Source: Candidatus Limnocylindrales bacterium (lineage in GTDB: Bacteria; Chloroflexota; Limnocylindria; Limnocylindrales; CSP1-4). From it: 64,000 nucleotides of DNA. Below the pieces are notes generated by a model. The model ran no database searches. It was not told the origin of the DNA and saw nothing but the letters and a program-made list of their open reading frames with translations. This document shows positions 43,194 through 52,794 of this stretch, in pieces. The translations under genes were made by a program, and so were the position numbers. The stretch is taken from assembly GCA_036003325.1 (NCBI GenBank), contig DASYSM010000158.1, positions 14,828 to 78,827 of the forward strand, in the 5' to 3' direction. The number at the start of each line of letters is the position of its first letter. The first letter of the stretch is position 1.

Positions 43194-43556
43194 TCAGTCT
43201 CCTCCAAATCACCGGTCGAAACCGCCTGGCTCGATCCGGGCTGGATCCGGCAGGTCTCTCGGTGCCCCCGAGCCCTGGTCGTCCACCCTCCCCAGGTGAC
43301 GCTCCACGGACGGCGATGCATGAACGAGCGGCGATGACGGGATCCCGCATCCGGGCGGCGCGCAGGTGGCCGCCGAAGCGATGCCGTATATTACCCACCG
43401 GCGACCTGAATGCAATACCGGTCGGCCGCACCTGCAGCGCGTCGCGAACGTCCGTTTCGTTCGCATCGCGAGCGGATCGCGGGCCCCGGTACCAGCCTCG
43501 GTCGAACCCGATCGTGGGCCTTGGCCGCCGAACCCTGCGAGGTTGGACCCGTCGGC

Positions 43557-44024
43557 GTGGAATACCTGGTCCGAGTGGCGCGCGTCACGGACATCGATCG
43601 GATCGTCGCCCTGGGCGACGACGCCGTGCAGATGGACCGCGGCGAGAGCCCGCTCGGCGTGGCAGATCTGATGCGCCAGCTCGTCTACCTCCCGCAGGCG
43701 AGCATCGTCGTCGCGGAAGCGCAACGCGTCGTCGTCGGGGGCGCGATCCTCGCGCTCCGTCCATCCGTTCGGGCCGGCGGCTTCGTCGGCACGATCGACC
43801 TCCTCGCCGTCGACCCGGAGTACGACGTCGATCGCATCACCGAGGCGCTTCTCGAGGAACTGCTCAGGTCGGCCAGCAACAAGGGTTGCACCGTGGTCGA
43901 GGCCGCACGGCCCGATGACGGCGCGGCGCTCGAGCGCTGGCAACGGATGGGCTTCGACGAAGCCAGTCCGCGCCTTTCCAAGACAGTGGCCGCGGCGGGT
44001 TCCGTCACGCGCCGCACCATATGA
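43557..44024 (+). CDS. GNAT-family N-acetyltransferase
   Basis: GTG start (V50 of ORF 43410..44024). Acetyl-CoA-binding motif region (VVVGGAILAL…GFVGTIDLLAVDPEY). Confidence 0.6.
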   Translation: MEYLVRVARVTDIDRIVALGDDAVQMDRGESPLGVADLMRQLVYLPQASIVVAEAQRVVVGGAILALRPSVRAGGFVGTIDLLAVDPEYDVDRITEALLEELLRSASNKGCTVVEAARPDDGAALERWQRMGFDEASPRLSKTVAAAGSVTRRTI

Positions 44025-44085
44025 GCGCCCGGACCGTGCTGCGTCAGCGCGCCGGCCGGGCCACCCCCTAACCCAAGGAGTCACA

Positions 44086-46047
44086 GTGGGCAAGAACGTC
44101 GCCGTCTTCGTTGACGTCGCGAACATCTTCTATGCGGCCAAGGCCGCGGGCGTGGACATCGATTACGTCACGCTCCTCAAGGCGGCCTCCGCCGGGCGCG
44201 ATCTCGTGCGCGCCTACGCATACACCGGGCTCGACCCGGACAACGAGAACCAGCGGAACTTCCACGACTTCCTGCGTCGCAGCAACTACAAGGTCGTGAG
44301 CAAGGACATCCGCAAGTACGGCGATGGCAAGGTCAAGGCCAACCTCGACATCGAGCTGGTCGTCGACATGATGAAGACGGCCCGCAACCTCGACATCGCC
44401 ATCGTCGTGTCGGGTGACGGCGACTTCGCGCCGGCCATCCGCGCGGTCCAGGAACAGGGCGTCCGCGTCGAGGTCATCAGCTTCCGCGGCAACACCAGCT
44501 CCGACCTGATCGAGGTCGCCGATCTGTTCACCGACATCGTCCAGCTGGCACGGGTCGAGAAGGGCACGCGCTCCGGGCGGCGGGTGGCCGAGGGCGACGA
44601 CGCGGACCTGTCGATGACCGAGGTCCCCGACAAGCAGACCGAGGGCACCGGCGCGGGCCGTGGTCGGGGCCGCGGTCGCGGCCGCGGTCGCGAGGCCGAG
44701 CCTGTCGCGGTGGGCCCGCGTGGCCGGCGATCGAGCCGGACCGCAGCCGCCGAGCCGGCGGTCGCCGCCCGAGCCGACGGCGCCGGACTGGTCGCCCTGC
44801 CGGGCGAGCGGCTGTCACGCGCCGCGGGGACGCTGTCCGAGGCCGATCTGGCCCGAGCCGAGGTATTCACCCTCGACGATCTCGATGACGCGGCGACCGA
44901 TGCCGCGGCCGAGGCCGCTGACGGCGACGAGCGCGTGGACGAGGGCGGCGAGCCGCGACGCCGGCGCCGGCGTGGCGGCCGTGGCCGGGGTCGCGGCCGC
45001 GGTCGTGCCGACGAGGCCGGATCCGAGGACGGTGCCGACGTGTCTGCGCCGCCGGCGGCCGCACGGGCATCCCGCCCGATGGCAGCCGACCTCGAGGACG
45101 ACGAGGAGGCCGACATCGCCCCCGCGCCGCGCGGCCCGCGGACGACGCCGTTCGGGTCGGTCTGGGATTCGCAGCTCGGGACGCCGGCGGCATCGACCGC
45201 TGCATCGCGCGCGCCCCTGGACGACGAGGACTTCGACGAGCCCGAGATCCCCGAATACCTGATCGCAGAGCGTCGCGGGAGCGGCGGTCGCGGCCAGGGC
45301 GGCGGTCGCGGTGCCCGGGGTGGGCGCGGCGCGTACCAGTCGGCGATGGAGCGCGAGCGATACGGTGGTCGCGGGGGTTCCGGTGGCGTCGGCGGCGGCG
45401 GAAGCGGCATCAACCGCTATCCCGACGTCAGCGGTCGCACGCGCTCGAGCCTCCCGCCGCGCGAGGACCGGCCAGCGGTCCGGCGTGATGATCGACCGGC
45501 CCCGGTCCGCAGCTCGAACGAGCCGTGGAGCGACGTCCCGCCCGAGCTCGAGGCTCTGCTTCGCGCCCAGGTGGCGTCCAAGCCGGCGCCGGCCCGGGCC
45601 GCGCCAGCCGGACGAGCCTCGTCCGACGTCGACCAGGCGGACACGACCGAGGTCGAGGCTGAAGCCGCGACAGCTGCTGCCGAGACGACCGGGCCGAAGC
45701 CGCGCGCGACCCGCAAGACGGCCGCGTCGGCGACGGCCGGGAAGACCGCCGCGAAGCCGCGCGCGAGCCGCAAGGCGTCGGCCGGGGCCGAGGCCGTCGC
45801 CTCCGACACGGGCCCGGATGCGGGGACAACCGCCCCCGACCTCGCGCCCGAACCGGTGGCCACGGCCGCCGCCAAGCCGCGCGCCACGCGCAAGCCGGCG
45901 GCGCCCAAGACGCCCAGGGCGACCAAGGCGACCGCGGCGGCAGCGGCTCCGGACGAGGCAGCGGCGATCGGCGACGGCGCGGCCGAGCCGGTGACCGCAC
46001 CGAAGCGGCGGACGACCCGCAAGACGGCCACGACCGAACCTGCCTGA
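44086..46047 (+). CDS. NYN (LabA-like PIN) domain protein with long RG/A/E-rich disordered C-terminal region
   Basis: GTG start after an AAGGAG ribosome-binding site. NYN domain VAVFVDVANIFYAA…IVVSGDGDFAPAI…VEVISF, then ~470 aa of low-complexity sequence (GRGRGRGRGRG, RRRRRGGRGRGRGR, KPRATRK repeats). Confidence 0.8.
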   Translation: MGKNVAVFVDVANIFYAAKAAGVDIDYVTLLKAASAGRDLVRAYAYTGLDPDNENQRNFHDFLRRSNYKVVSKDIRKYGDGKVKANLDIELVVDMMKTARNLDIAIVVSGDGDFAPAIRAVQEQGVRVEVISFRGNTSSDLIEVADLFTDIVQLARVEKGTRSGRRVAEGDDADLSMTEVPDKQTEGTGAGRGRGRGRGRGREAEPVAVGPRGRRSSRTAAAEPAVAARADGAGLVALPGERLSRAAGTLSEADLARAEVFTLDDLDDAATDAAAEAADGDERVDEGGEPRRRRRRGGRGRGRGRGRADEAGSEDGADVSAPPAAARASRPMAADLEDDEEADIAPAPRGPRTTPFGSVWDSQLGTPAASTAASRAPLDDEDFDEPEIPEYLIAERRGSGGRGQGGGRGARGGRGAYQSAMERERYGGRGGSGGVGGGGSGINRYPDVSGRTRSSLPPREDRPAVRRDDRPAPVRSSNEPWSDVPPELEALLRAQVASKPAPARAAPAGRASSDVDQADTTEVEAEAATAAAETTGPKPRATRKTAASATAGKTAAKPRASRKASAGAEAVASDTGPDAGTTAPDLAPEPVATAAAKPRATRKPAAPKTPRATKATAAAAAPDEAAAIGDGAAEPVTAPKRRTTRKTATTEPA

Positions 46048-46055
46048 GCGTCGTC

Positions 46056-47261
46056 GTGGACGGTGCCCGGACCCGGGGGCAGGCGGCCGCGCTCGACGCG
46101 GTCGCCGCGATGATCCGGGGTCAGGCGCCGCAGGCGGTCCTGTTCGTCGGGCCCGACGGGGTCGGCAAGACGACGCTGGCGCTCGACCTGGCCGCCGGCC
46201 TGCTGTGTACGGCCGCGCCCGTCGACCGGCCGTGTCGCGTCTGCCGGGCGTGCCGGCTCGTCGAGCACGGCGACCACCCCGACCTCCACCGGCTCGGGCC
46301 GGTCGGACCGGGCCGCCAGGTCGTCATCGGCGGACCGGACGCCCGATACCGTGGCGTGAAGGACCTGATCGGCGAGCTGTCGCTCATGCCGGTCGAGGGT
46401 GGCGCGCGCGTGGCGATCATCGAGGCCGCCGACCGCATGAACGAGGATGCCCAGTCGGCGCTGCTCAAGACGCTCGAGGAGCCGCCGGGCGGGGTGACGA
46501 TCGCGCTCTGTGCCGACCAGGAGGCACGCCTGCTCCCGACCGTCCGGTCGCGCTGCTTCCGCGTCCGCCTCGGTCTCGTCGGCGCGCGCGACATCGAGCG
46601 GATCCTGGCCGACCATGACCTGGCCGACCCGCCGACGGCCGCCCGGCTCGGTCGGCTGGCGGCCGGCCGTCCGGGTCTCGCGCTCGCGTACGCGCGCGCG
46701 CCCGAGACGGTCATGATCCGGGCGGAGCTCACGCGGGTGCTGCTCGACCTGACCGCCGCCCGTCCGTCAGCGCGATTGGCCGCGGCGAAGGCGGCCATGC
46801 CTCGGGCCATCGAGCTGTCGGCATCGCTCACCGCCGACCCGGCGGCGACCACCGAAACCGCCAGGGCCGGTCGTCGACGGGGTGCCGCCCCGGTCCGCAG
46901 CGCGGCTGCCGGAGTCGAGGAGCCGGCCGATGGCGATGCGACCGATGACGGCGGCGGTGAGGTCGTGGCGCCGAAGACTCCCGCCACCGACCGGCGGCGT
47001 GGGGCCGAGACGATCGTCGGTCTGTGGGCCGACGTGACGCGTGACCTCATGCTGATCGAGGCCGGTGGCGCCCGGTCCGTTCGCGACACGGTCATGCTCG
47101 AGGAGCTCGGCGCAGTCGCCGCTATCGTCGCGCCGGGTGCCGCCCGTGCCTTCCTCGAGCGGACCGCCCGAGCCGCCGAGCTGCTCGCCTCGAACGTCTC
47201 GCCGGAGCTCGTCCTGGACGCCCTCGTCCTCGCCTGGCCGGCGGGCCGGGCGGTCGCCTGA
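46056..47261 (+). CDS. holB: DNA polymerase III subunit delta' (HolB)
   Basis: AAA+ clamp-loader fold with a degenerate Walker A (GPDGVGKTT), a zinc module CRVCRACRLVEHGDHPD, and a delta' C-terminal domain. Confidence 0.85.
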   Translation: MDGARTRGQAAALDAVAAMIRGQAPQAVLFVGPDGVGKTTLALDLAAGLLCTAAPVDRPCRVCRACRLVEHGDHPDLHRLGPVGPGRQVVIGGPDARYRGVKDLIGELSLMPVEGGARVAIIEAADRMNEDAQSALLKTLEEPPGGVTIALCADQEARLLPTVRSRCFRVRLGLVGARDIERILADHDLADPPTAARLGRLAAGRPGLALAYARAPETVMIRAELTRVLLDLTAARPSARLAAAKAAMPRAIELSASLTADPAATTETARAGRRRGAAPVRSAAAGVEEPADGDATDDGGGEVVAPKTPATDRRRGAETIVGLWADVTRDLMLIEAGGARSVRDTVMLEELGAVAAIVAPGAARAFLERTARAAELLASNVSPELVLDALVLAWPAGRAVA

Positions 47262-47271
47262 GCCGAGCCAC

Positions 47272-47580
47272 GTGACAGAGGGAGAGACGACCGCTCGCCT
47301 CGACGCAACCGTCAGCGGCCGCGTGCAGGGCGTCGGCTTCCGCTACTTCGTCCTGCGCGAGGCGATGGGTCTCGGTCTCGACGGCTGGGTCGCCAACGCG
47401 TCCGACGGCTCGGTCCGCTGCGTCGCCGAGGGACCGCGCGACCAGCTCGAACGATTGCTCGAGTGTCTGAACGACGGTCCCGCCGCGGCGACGGTGGATC
47501 GCGTCAGCGCCGCCTGGATGCCGGCGACGGGGACGCTCGGACGGTTCGCCGTGCGCAGCGGCGCCCATCCCGGCGACTGA
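47272..47580 (+). CDS. acyP: Acylphosphatase
   Basis: GTG start (V70 of ORF 47065..47580). Signature VSGRVQGVGFRYF … GWVANASDGSV. Confidence 0.7.
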   Translation: MTEGETTARLDATVSGRVQGVGFRYFVLREAMGLGLDGWVANASDGSVRCVAEGPRDQLERLLECLNDGPAAATVDRVSAAWMPATGTLGRFAVRSGAHPGD

Positions 47581-47661
47581 CCCCGCTGGTCCGAACGGCC
47601 GGGTCGTTCGGGACCGCTGGGCTATTCCCGCGGCCCCGTCGGCGACGTCATCCTCGGCACG

Positions 47662-47919
47662 ATGGAGCCGATCTCTGCCGCCGAGGAGTTGCCGGGGCTC
47701 TATCGGGCCGTCCTCGACCGGGTCGGCCAGCTGGAGGCCGCCGGTCAGCGCCAGGTCGCGAACCGTGTCCGGGCCGAAGCCATCAGGATCTACTCGCGAG
47801 CCTGGGACGAGCGCGCCCGGCGCGAGCTCATCGCCCTGCTTCGTCGCAACGCCGCCGATGCGGCCGACGCCCCGGACGCCGCCCGTCCGGCCGGTCGCCG
47901 GACGATCCACGCGGCCTGA
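47662..47919 (+). CDS. Hypothetical small protein (85 aa)
   Basis: ORF with reasonable codon usage and no recognisable domain. Confidence 0.4.
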   Translation: MEPISAAEELPGLYRAVLDRVGQLEAAGQRQVANRVRAEAIRIYSRAWDERARRELIALLRRNAADAADAPDAARPAGRRTIHAA

Positions 47920-47970
47920 TCGTCCGCTCCGACCCGCTCGCCGGCCCCGTGCCCGGCGTAGGCTACCGAC

Positions 47971-48273
47971 ATGTCCGACGAGACCACCAGCGAGGCGATC
48001 GAGCGCGCCCTCGCCGCGTACGTGGTGCTCGAGGAGCTCGGCGAGCAGATCGAGGATGAGTGGTCGTACGTCGCCGAGCTGACCGACGCCTGGCGCACCC
48101 GGTTCGACGAGGTGGCCGCCCATCGCGGGGACGGCGAGCTGGCCGACGAGGTCAGCGCGGCGGTCGACGTCGCCATCGACGAGATCGCCCGGATCGAGGA
48201 TCCACACCGCGCCATCGACTGGCTGTCCACCTTCCCGCAGGTCGTCCTGCTGGCCCTCGGCGAGCGGCCGTGA
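47971..48273 (+). CDS. Hypothetical highly acidic protein (100 aa)
   Basis: About 25% Asp/Glu. Stop overlaps the GTG of the next ORF (GTGA), so the two genes are translationally coupled. Confidence 0.45.
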   Translation: MSDETTSEAIERALAAYVVLEELGEQIEDEWSYVAELTDAWRTRFDEVAAHRGDGELADEVSAAVDVAIDEIARIEDPHRAIDWLSTFPQVVLLALGERP

Positions 48274-48962
48274 GGTTCCAGGACGCTGCCCGCGACGCCC
48301 GGGCGGTCGTGTATGCCGGCATCCAGGCCGATCCGCAGGTCCGCCGGACGGCGACGCTGCTGGCCGACGCGAGCCCGAGCCAGCGGATCCTGGCCAGGGC
48401 GGTGATGAACGGCGAGACCAGCGATCCGGAGATCTGGCGGGCGATGTTCCCGACGCTGTTCGGACCGGACGCCACCGACGATGCGGCCGGGCTCCACCGG
48501 TCCGAGGCGATCCTGGCGGCCTCGCTCGAGGTGGCCGATCGCGGCGAGCAGGTCCGCAGCCAGGTCCGGGGCGCGCTCGTCGAAGAGCTGACCGCACAGC
48601 TCCTCGCCCGGCGAGTCGACGCCGCGGCGGTCCATCGCGAGCGCCGCGTCCTGTTCGATGGTGTGCGCGCCGAGATCCACCCGTACGACGTCACCGTCGA
48701 GCGTGAGGGCGCGGCCGAAGCGTACGACTGCAAGTGGGGAGCCCGCGGCATCAACGCCGACGTCCTTCATCAGCTCGACGACGCGCGGGCGCACGCAGCC
48801 GACGAGGAGGAGGCGCTCGAGGTGGCGCTGGTCGTCTTCGACGCCAGGCGGTCGTGCGATGTCCGGCTCGCGCGGCAGACCGCGCCCCACGAGGGGACGT
48901 CCCTGGTGACCATCGAGACGCTCGATTCGTTGGCTGCGTCGCGGTCTGCCGCGCCGTCCTGA
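48270..48962 (+). CDS. Hypothetical protein (230 aa), coupled to the acidic protein
   Basis: GTG start (V71 of ORF 48060..48962). Possible D…E-x-K-like motif (PYDVTVEREGAAEAYDCKW). Confidence 0.5.
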   Translation: MRFQDAARDARAVVYAGIQADPQVRRTATLLADASPSQRILARAVMNGETSDPEIWRAMFPTLFGPDATDDAAGLHRSEAILAASLEVADRGEQVRSQVRGALVEELTAQLLARRVDAAAVHRERRVLFDGVRAEIHPYDVTVEREGAAEAYDCKWGARGINADVLHQLDDARAHAADEEEALEVALVVFDARRSCDVRLARQTAPHEGTSLVTIETLDSLAASRSAAPS

Positions 48963-48966
48963 CCCG

Positions 48967-49749
48967 GTGATGACGGAGCCGGCGACGCCGAACGAGCCCG
49001 ACACGTGTTCGTCGACGTATCGCGTCCGGTTCGACGAGGCCGCGCCCGACGGCCATATCCGCACCTCCGTCCTGCTGCGCTACACGCAGGACCTGGCGGG
49101 GCTTCATTCGTCCGCTCGCGGGTTCGGGCGCGACTGGTACGCCGAGCGCGGGCTGACCTGGCTCGTGCGCGCCGCGGAGGTGGCCGTCCTGGCGCCGATC
49201 GAGGTCAACGTCGAGCTCGTCGGGACCACCCGCGTCGTCGGCTGGCGCCGGGTGTGGGCACGCCGGCGGACCGACTTCGTCGACCTGGACGGAGTGCTCG
49301 CCGCGTCGGTGCTGATCGACTGGGTGCTCCTCGACGGGCGCGGCTCGCCGACCCGGATCCCGGCGGAATTCGACGCCGTGTTCGGGGCGCCGGCGGCCAC
49401 GTTCGGGCTGGCACGGGTCGAGCCCGGGGAGCCGGCCGCCGACGCGACACGGACGATCCTGGACGTCAGGCCCCAGGAGCTGGACCCGATGGTCCACGTC
49501 AACAACGCGGTCTACGCGGACTGGCTCGACGAGGCCGTCCTCGGTGCGGGCGGCGCGGCCGCGGTCCGGGCGATCCCCCGCCTCATCCGGCTCGAGTATG
49601 TCCGGGCGATCGAGCCCGGGACGCGGCCCGAGGTCGCGGTCTGGCCCGCGGGCGACGGATGGTCGTGCCGTGTCACCGATCCGGGCGGAACCTCCCGGGC
49701 GGACCACCTGCGGGCGCGCCTCGAGCCGCTCCGGCGCACGGTCGGCTGA
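48967..49749 (+). CDS. Acyl-ACP thioesterase-family (double hot-dog) protein
   Basis: 260 aa with two hot-dog halves (YRVRFDE…; DVRPQELDPMVHVNNAVYADWLDEA). Confidence 0.7.
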   Translation: MMTEPATPNEPDTCSSTYRVRFDEAAPDGHIRTSVLLRYTQDLAGLHSSARGFGRDWYAERGLTWLVRAAEVAVLAPIEVNVELVGTTRVVGWRRVWARRRTDFVDLDGVLAASVLIDWVLLDGRGSPTRIPAEFDAVFGAPAATFGLARVEPGEPAADATRTILDVRPQELDPMVHVNNAVYADWLDEAVLGAGGAAAVRAIPRLIRLEYVRAIEPGTRPEVAVWPAGDGWSCRVTDPGGTSRADHLRARLEPLRRTVG

Positions 49750-49798
49750 CCGGACCGCCATCATCGCGCCGACGGGAAACGGATCCGCGGAGGAGCAC

Positions 49799-50338
49799 AT
49801 GGACCAGACGATCGACCCGGTCGACTCGCCGGACGCCTATCGCGACTCACTGCTGGCGGCCCTGGGCGACGAGGACCCGGCCGCCGTCCAGTCCCGGACG
49901 ACCGAGGCGCTGCGCGCGCTCGTGACCGATGCCGGCGAGCTCCTTCGCGTCCGGCCCGGACCCGGCGACTGGTCCGTCCTCGAATGCATCGGCCACATCA
50001 CCGACGGCGAGCTGGTGGTGGCGGGCCGCGAACGCTGGATCCTGGCCGAGGACCTGCCCGAGATCGTCGGCTACGACCAGGCCCTGTGGGTCGACCGGCT
50101 CGAGCACAACGCGGACGACCCCGCGCTGCTGATCGAGCTGTTCGCCGCGATCCGCCGCTCGAACCTGGACCTCTGGGCGCGCCGCACGGCCGCCGATCGC
50201 GAGCGGATCGGTCGTCACCGCGAGCGGGGCGACGAGAGCTATGGCCTCACCTTCCGGCTGGCGGCCGGCCATGACCTGATCCATCTCGCCCAGGCGCGCC
50301 GAGCGCTCGAGACCGTCGGGCGGTCGCGCACGCGCTGA
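49799..50338 (+). CDS. DinB_2/DUF664 (mycothiol-dependent-enzyme-like four-helix bundle) protein
   Basis: ATG after a GGAGG ribosome-binding site. DinB/YfiT-like His triad context (ECIGHITDGE … DLIHLAQ). Confidence 0.65.
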   Translation: MDQTIDPVDSPDAYRDSLLAALGDEDPAAVQSRTTEALRALVTDAGELLRVRPGPGDWSVLECIGHITDGELVVAGRERWILAEDLPEIVGYDQALWVDRLEHNADDPALLIELFAAIRRSNLDLWARRTAADRERIGRHRERGDESYGLTFRLAAGHDLIHLAQARRALETVGRSRTR

Positions 50339-50412
50339 CCCTCGTCCGAGCCCGCCGTCCCGAGGCGCCCACCCGGGGCACCGCCCCGAGGCGCCGACCC
50401 GGCGCGTTCCGT

Positions 50413-51204
50413 CTAGGCAGCCGGGTCCCGGTCGTAGAGCCGTCGCGCCCAGACGTAGCTGACCAGCGAGATCGCCACGCACCAGCCGACGGCGATGACG
50501 CCGTCGTCGCCGATCGGTGTCCCCTCGAGGAGGCCGCGGACGGTCTCGATCAGCGGCGTGAACGGCTGGTGCTCGGCGAACCAGGCCAGTGGGCCGGGCA
50601 TCGACTCGGTCGGCACGAAGCCGCTGCTGAGGAACGGCAGGAGGATCAGGAACATCGGCAGGTTGCTCGCGGTCTCGACGCTCTGCGCGGCCATCCCCAG
50701 CGCGACCGACAGCCACGAGACGGCGAACGCGGTGAGGACGAGCAGCCCGGCAGCCGCGGTCCACGCGACCGGCCCGGTGGTCGATCGGAAACCGATCAGG
50801 ACCGCCACGACCGTGACGATGGCGAGCGCCAGCATCGACTGGATGACGCTGCCGACGACGTGGCCGCCGAGCACCGATGCACGGGCGATGTCCATCGTCC
50901 GGAACCGGGCGAAGATCCCCTCGTTCTTGTCCATCGCGACCGAGATCGCGGTGCCCTGCGCCGCGCCGGCGACCGTGATCAACAGGATCCCCGGGACGAC
51001 ATAGGCGAGGTATTCGGCGCGCCCACCACCCGAGGGTCCCAGGCCCGCTCCCAGCGTGCCGCCGAAGACGTAGACGAAGAGCAGCAGGAAGACGACCGGG
51101 AAGCCGGCGATGAACACGGTCAGGGAGGGATAGCGGCGCATCCGCCGGAGGTTGCGTCGGAGCATCGTGGCCGAGTCGGCCACGACGAGCGGGTAGGCGG
51201 TCAT
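50413..51204 (-). CDS. ABC-2 type exporter permease
   Basis: Start MTAYPL… (M141 of ORF 50413..51624), overlapping the ATPase stop (ATGA). Six TM helices. Confidence 0.8.
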   Translation of the reverse strand: MTAYPLVVADSATMLRRNLRRMRRYPSLTVFIAGFPVVFLLLFVYVFGGTLGAGLGPSGGGRAEYLAYVVPGILLITVAGAAQGTAISVAMDKNEGIFARFRTMDIARASVLGGHVVGSVIQSMLALAIVTVVAVLIGFRSTTGPVAWTAAAGLLVLTAFAVSWLSVALGMAAQSVETASNLPMFLILLPFLSSGFVPTESMPGPLAWFAEHQPFTPLIETVRGLLEGTPIGDDGVIAVGWCVAISLVSYVWARRLYDRDPAA

Positions 51205-52160
51205 CGCACGGTCACCTTTCGGTCGTCGGGGGCAGCGGTCAGGGACAGGAAGACGTCGTCGAGGTCCGGGGTCTGGAACGACAGCTCGTCGACCTCGATG
51301 GCGCCGGTCTCGAGTCGGTCGAGGACGGCGCGCAGCGACCCGACCCCTCCGTCGCTTGGGATCTGGAGCGTCAGCGCCTCGTCGTCGCGGGACGCACCGC
51401 CGAACGCCCGCGCCGCCCTGTCCAGCTCGGCTGCGCCGGCGAACGACAGCTGGATGTGACCTCCGGGGATCAGTCGCTTCAACTCGTTCGGGGTCCCCTC
51501 GGCGACCAGCCGGCCGCCGTCGAGCACGCCGATCCGGTGGGCCAGCCGGTCCGCTTCCTCGAGGTACTGCGTCGTCAGGAAGATCGTCACGCCGTCGGCC
51601 ACGAGCTCCCCGATCGTCTGCCACATCGCCCGCCGGCTGCGCGGGTCGAGCCCGGCCGTCGGCTCGTCGAGGAAGATGATCCGCGGGTCGCCGATGAGCG
51701 TCATCGCCAGGTCGAGGCGGCGGCGCATGCCACCGGAATAGGTCGCGACCGGCTTCCCGGCTGCATCGACCAGGTCGAAGCGTTCGAGCAGCTCGTCGAC
51801 GCGCTTCCGACCGGCCGACTTGCCGAGATGACGCAGGTCGGCCATCAGACGCAGGTTCTCCTCGCCGGTGAACAGGCCATCGACCGCGGAGAACTGGCCG
51901 GTCACGCCGATGACGGCTCGGACCGCGTCGGGTTCACGAGCGACATCATGGCCGGCGATCCGCACCTCTCCGCCATCGCCGGAGATCAGCGTCGACAGGA
52001 TCCGGACCATGGTCGTCTTGCCGGCACCGTTCGGTCCGAGCAGGGCGAAGACGGTGCCCTCGGCGACCTCGAGGTCGATGCCATCGAGCACGACCTGCGC
52101 GCCGAATGACTTGCGCAGTCCGTCGACCTTGATGGCGATGCGGGACGTGCTCGTGTTCAC
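51201..52160 (-). CDS. ABC transporter ATP-binding protein (DrrA-like, ABC-2 exporter)
   Basis: Walker A GPNGAGKTT, signature YSGGMRRR, Walker B IIFLDEPT. Confidence 0.9.
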   Translation of the reverse strand: MNTSTSRIAIKVDGLRKSFGAQVVLDGIDLEVAEGTVFALLGPNGAGKTTMVRILSTLISGDGGEVRIAGHDVAREPDAVRAVIGVTGQFSAVDGLFTGEENLRLMADLRHLGKSAGRKRVDELLERFDLVDAAGKPVATYSGGMRRRLDLAMTLIGDPRIIFLDEPTAGLDPRSRRAMWQTIGELVADGVTIFLTTQYLEEADRLAHRIGVLDGGRLVAEGTPNELKRLIPGGHIQLSFAGAAELDRAARAFGGASRDDEALTLQIPSDGGVGSLRAVLDRLETGAIEVDELSFQTPDLDDVFLSLTAAPDDRKVTVR

Positions 52161-52196
52161 GCCGCGCCTCCCCGATGGGCAGGCCGGCGACGAAGG

Positions 52197-52745
52197 TCAG
52201 ATGTCGAGGTCTTCCACGGCTGGACGCTGAGCCGGCCCGGCGACCAGGTCGAAGAGCTGCGGCGGGATGCGCTCGCGGAGCTCGTCGAGGGTCGCGATGA
52301 CCTCGAGGGTCGACTCGCCGGGCGAGTTCCCGTAGCTGATGTTCCCGATGCCGAGATAACCGCGCCAGCCGGCCGGCTTGCCTTCCTCGTTGAGCATCGT
52401 GTAGTCGGCGCTGCGCTCGATGTGGAGGACGAACTTGCCCGTCCGGCCACGATAGACACGGAACGCCTCGACGCGATTGAACGACGTGTTGATCCACTCG
52501 CCGAGGAGGACGCCGGTGAACCGGACCTTGCGGCCCTTGCCCGGCCCGACCCGGACGATGATCTCGTCGTAGCCCTCGCGCTTGCCTTCCTCGATGTCGA
52601 CGTAGCGACGCAGGGCGGCCGAGATGGCGGCCGAGAGGTTGCCGCCGGCGAGCTCCTGCGCGCGCTGGTAGAGCCTGAGGTCCCCATCGGAGACGTAGAT
52701 GGTCTTGTTCGGCACCTTGACATCGTAACTCCTGACGCGTGACAT
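52197..52745 (-). CDS. EXLDI-family protein (C-terminal …VEDLDI)
   Basis: Internal Met start (MSRVRSYDVKVPNKTIYV…), 182 aa, terminating in E-D-L-D-I. The upstream part of ORF 52197..52934 is low-complexity. Confidence 0.65.
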   Translation of the reverse strand: MSRVRSYDVKVPNKTIYVSDGDLRLYQRAQELAGGNLSAAISAALRRYVDIEEGKREGYDEIIVRVGPGKGRKVRFTGVLLGEWINTSFNRVEAFRVYRGRTGKFVLHIERSADYTMLNEEGKPAGWRGYLGIGNISYGNSPGESTLEVIATLDELRERIPPQLFDLVAGPAQRPAVEDLDI

Positions 52746-52775
52746 AGGTCTACGTAGGAGTATACGTATAGTGGC
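52746..52775. promoter_or_regulatory. Paired palindromes CTACGTAG and TATACGTATA immediately upstream of the EXLDI start
   Basis: Two perfect palindromes within ~25 bp in a locally AT-richer patch. Candidate operator. Confidence 0.4.
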
Positions 52776-52794
52776 CGCAGATGCAAGAGCCTCT

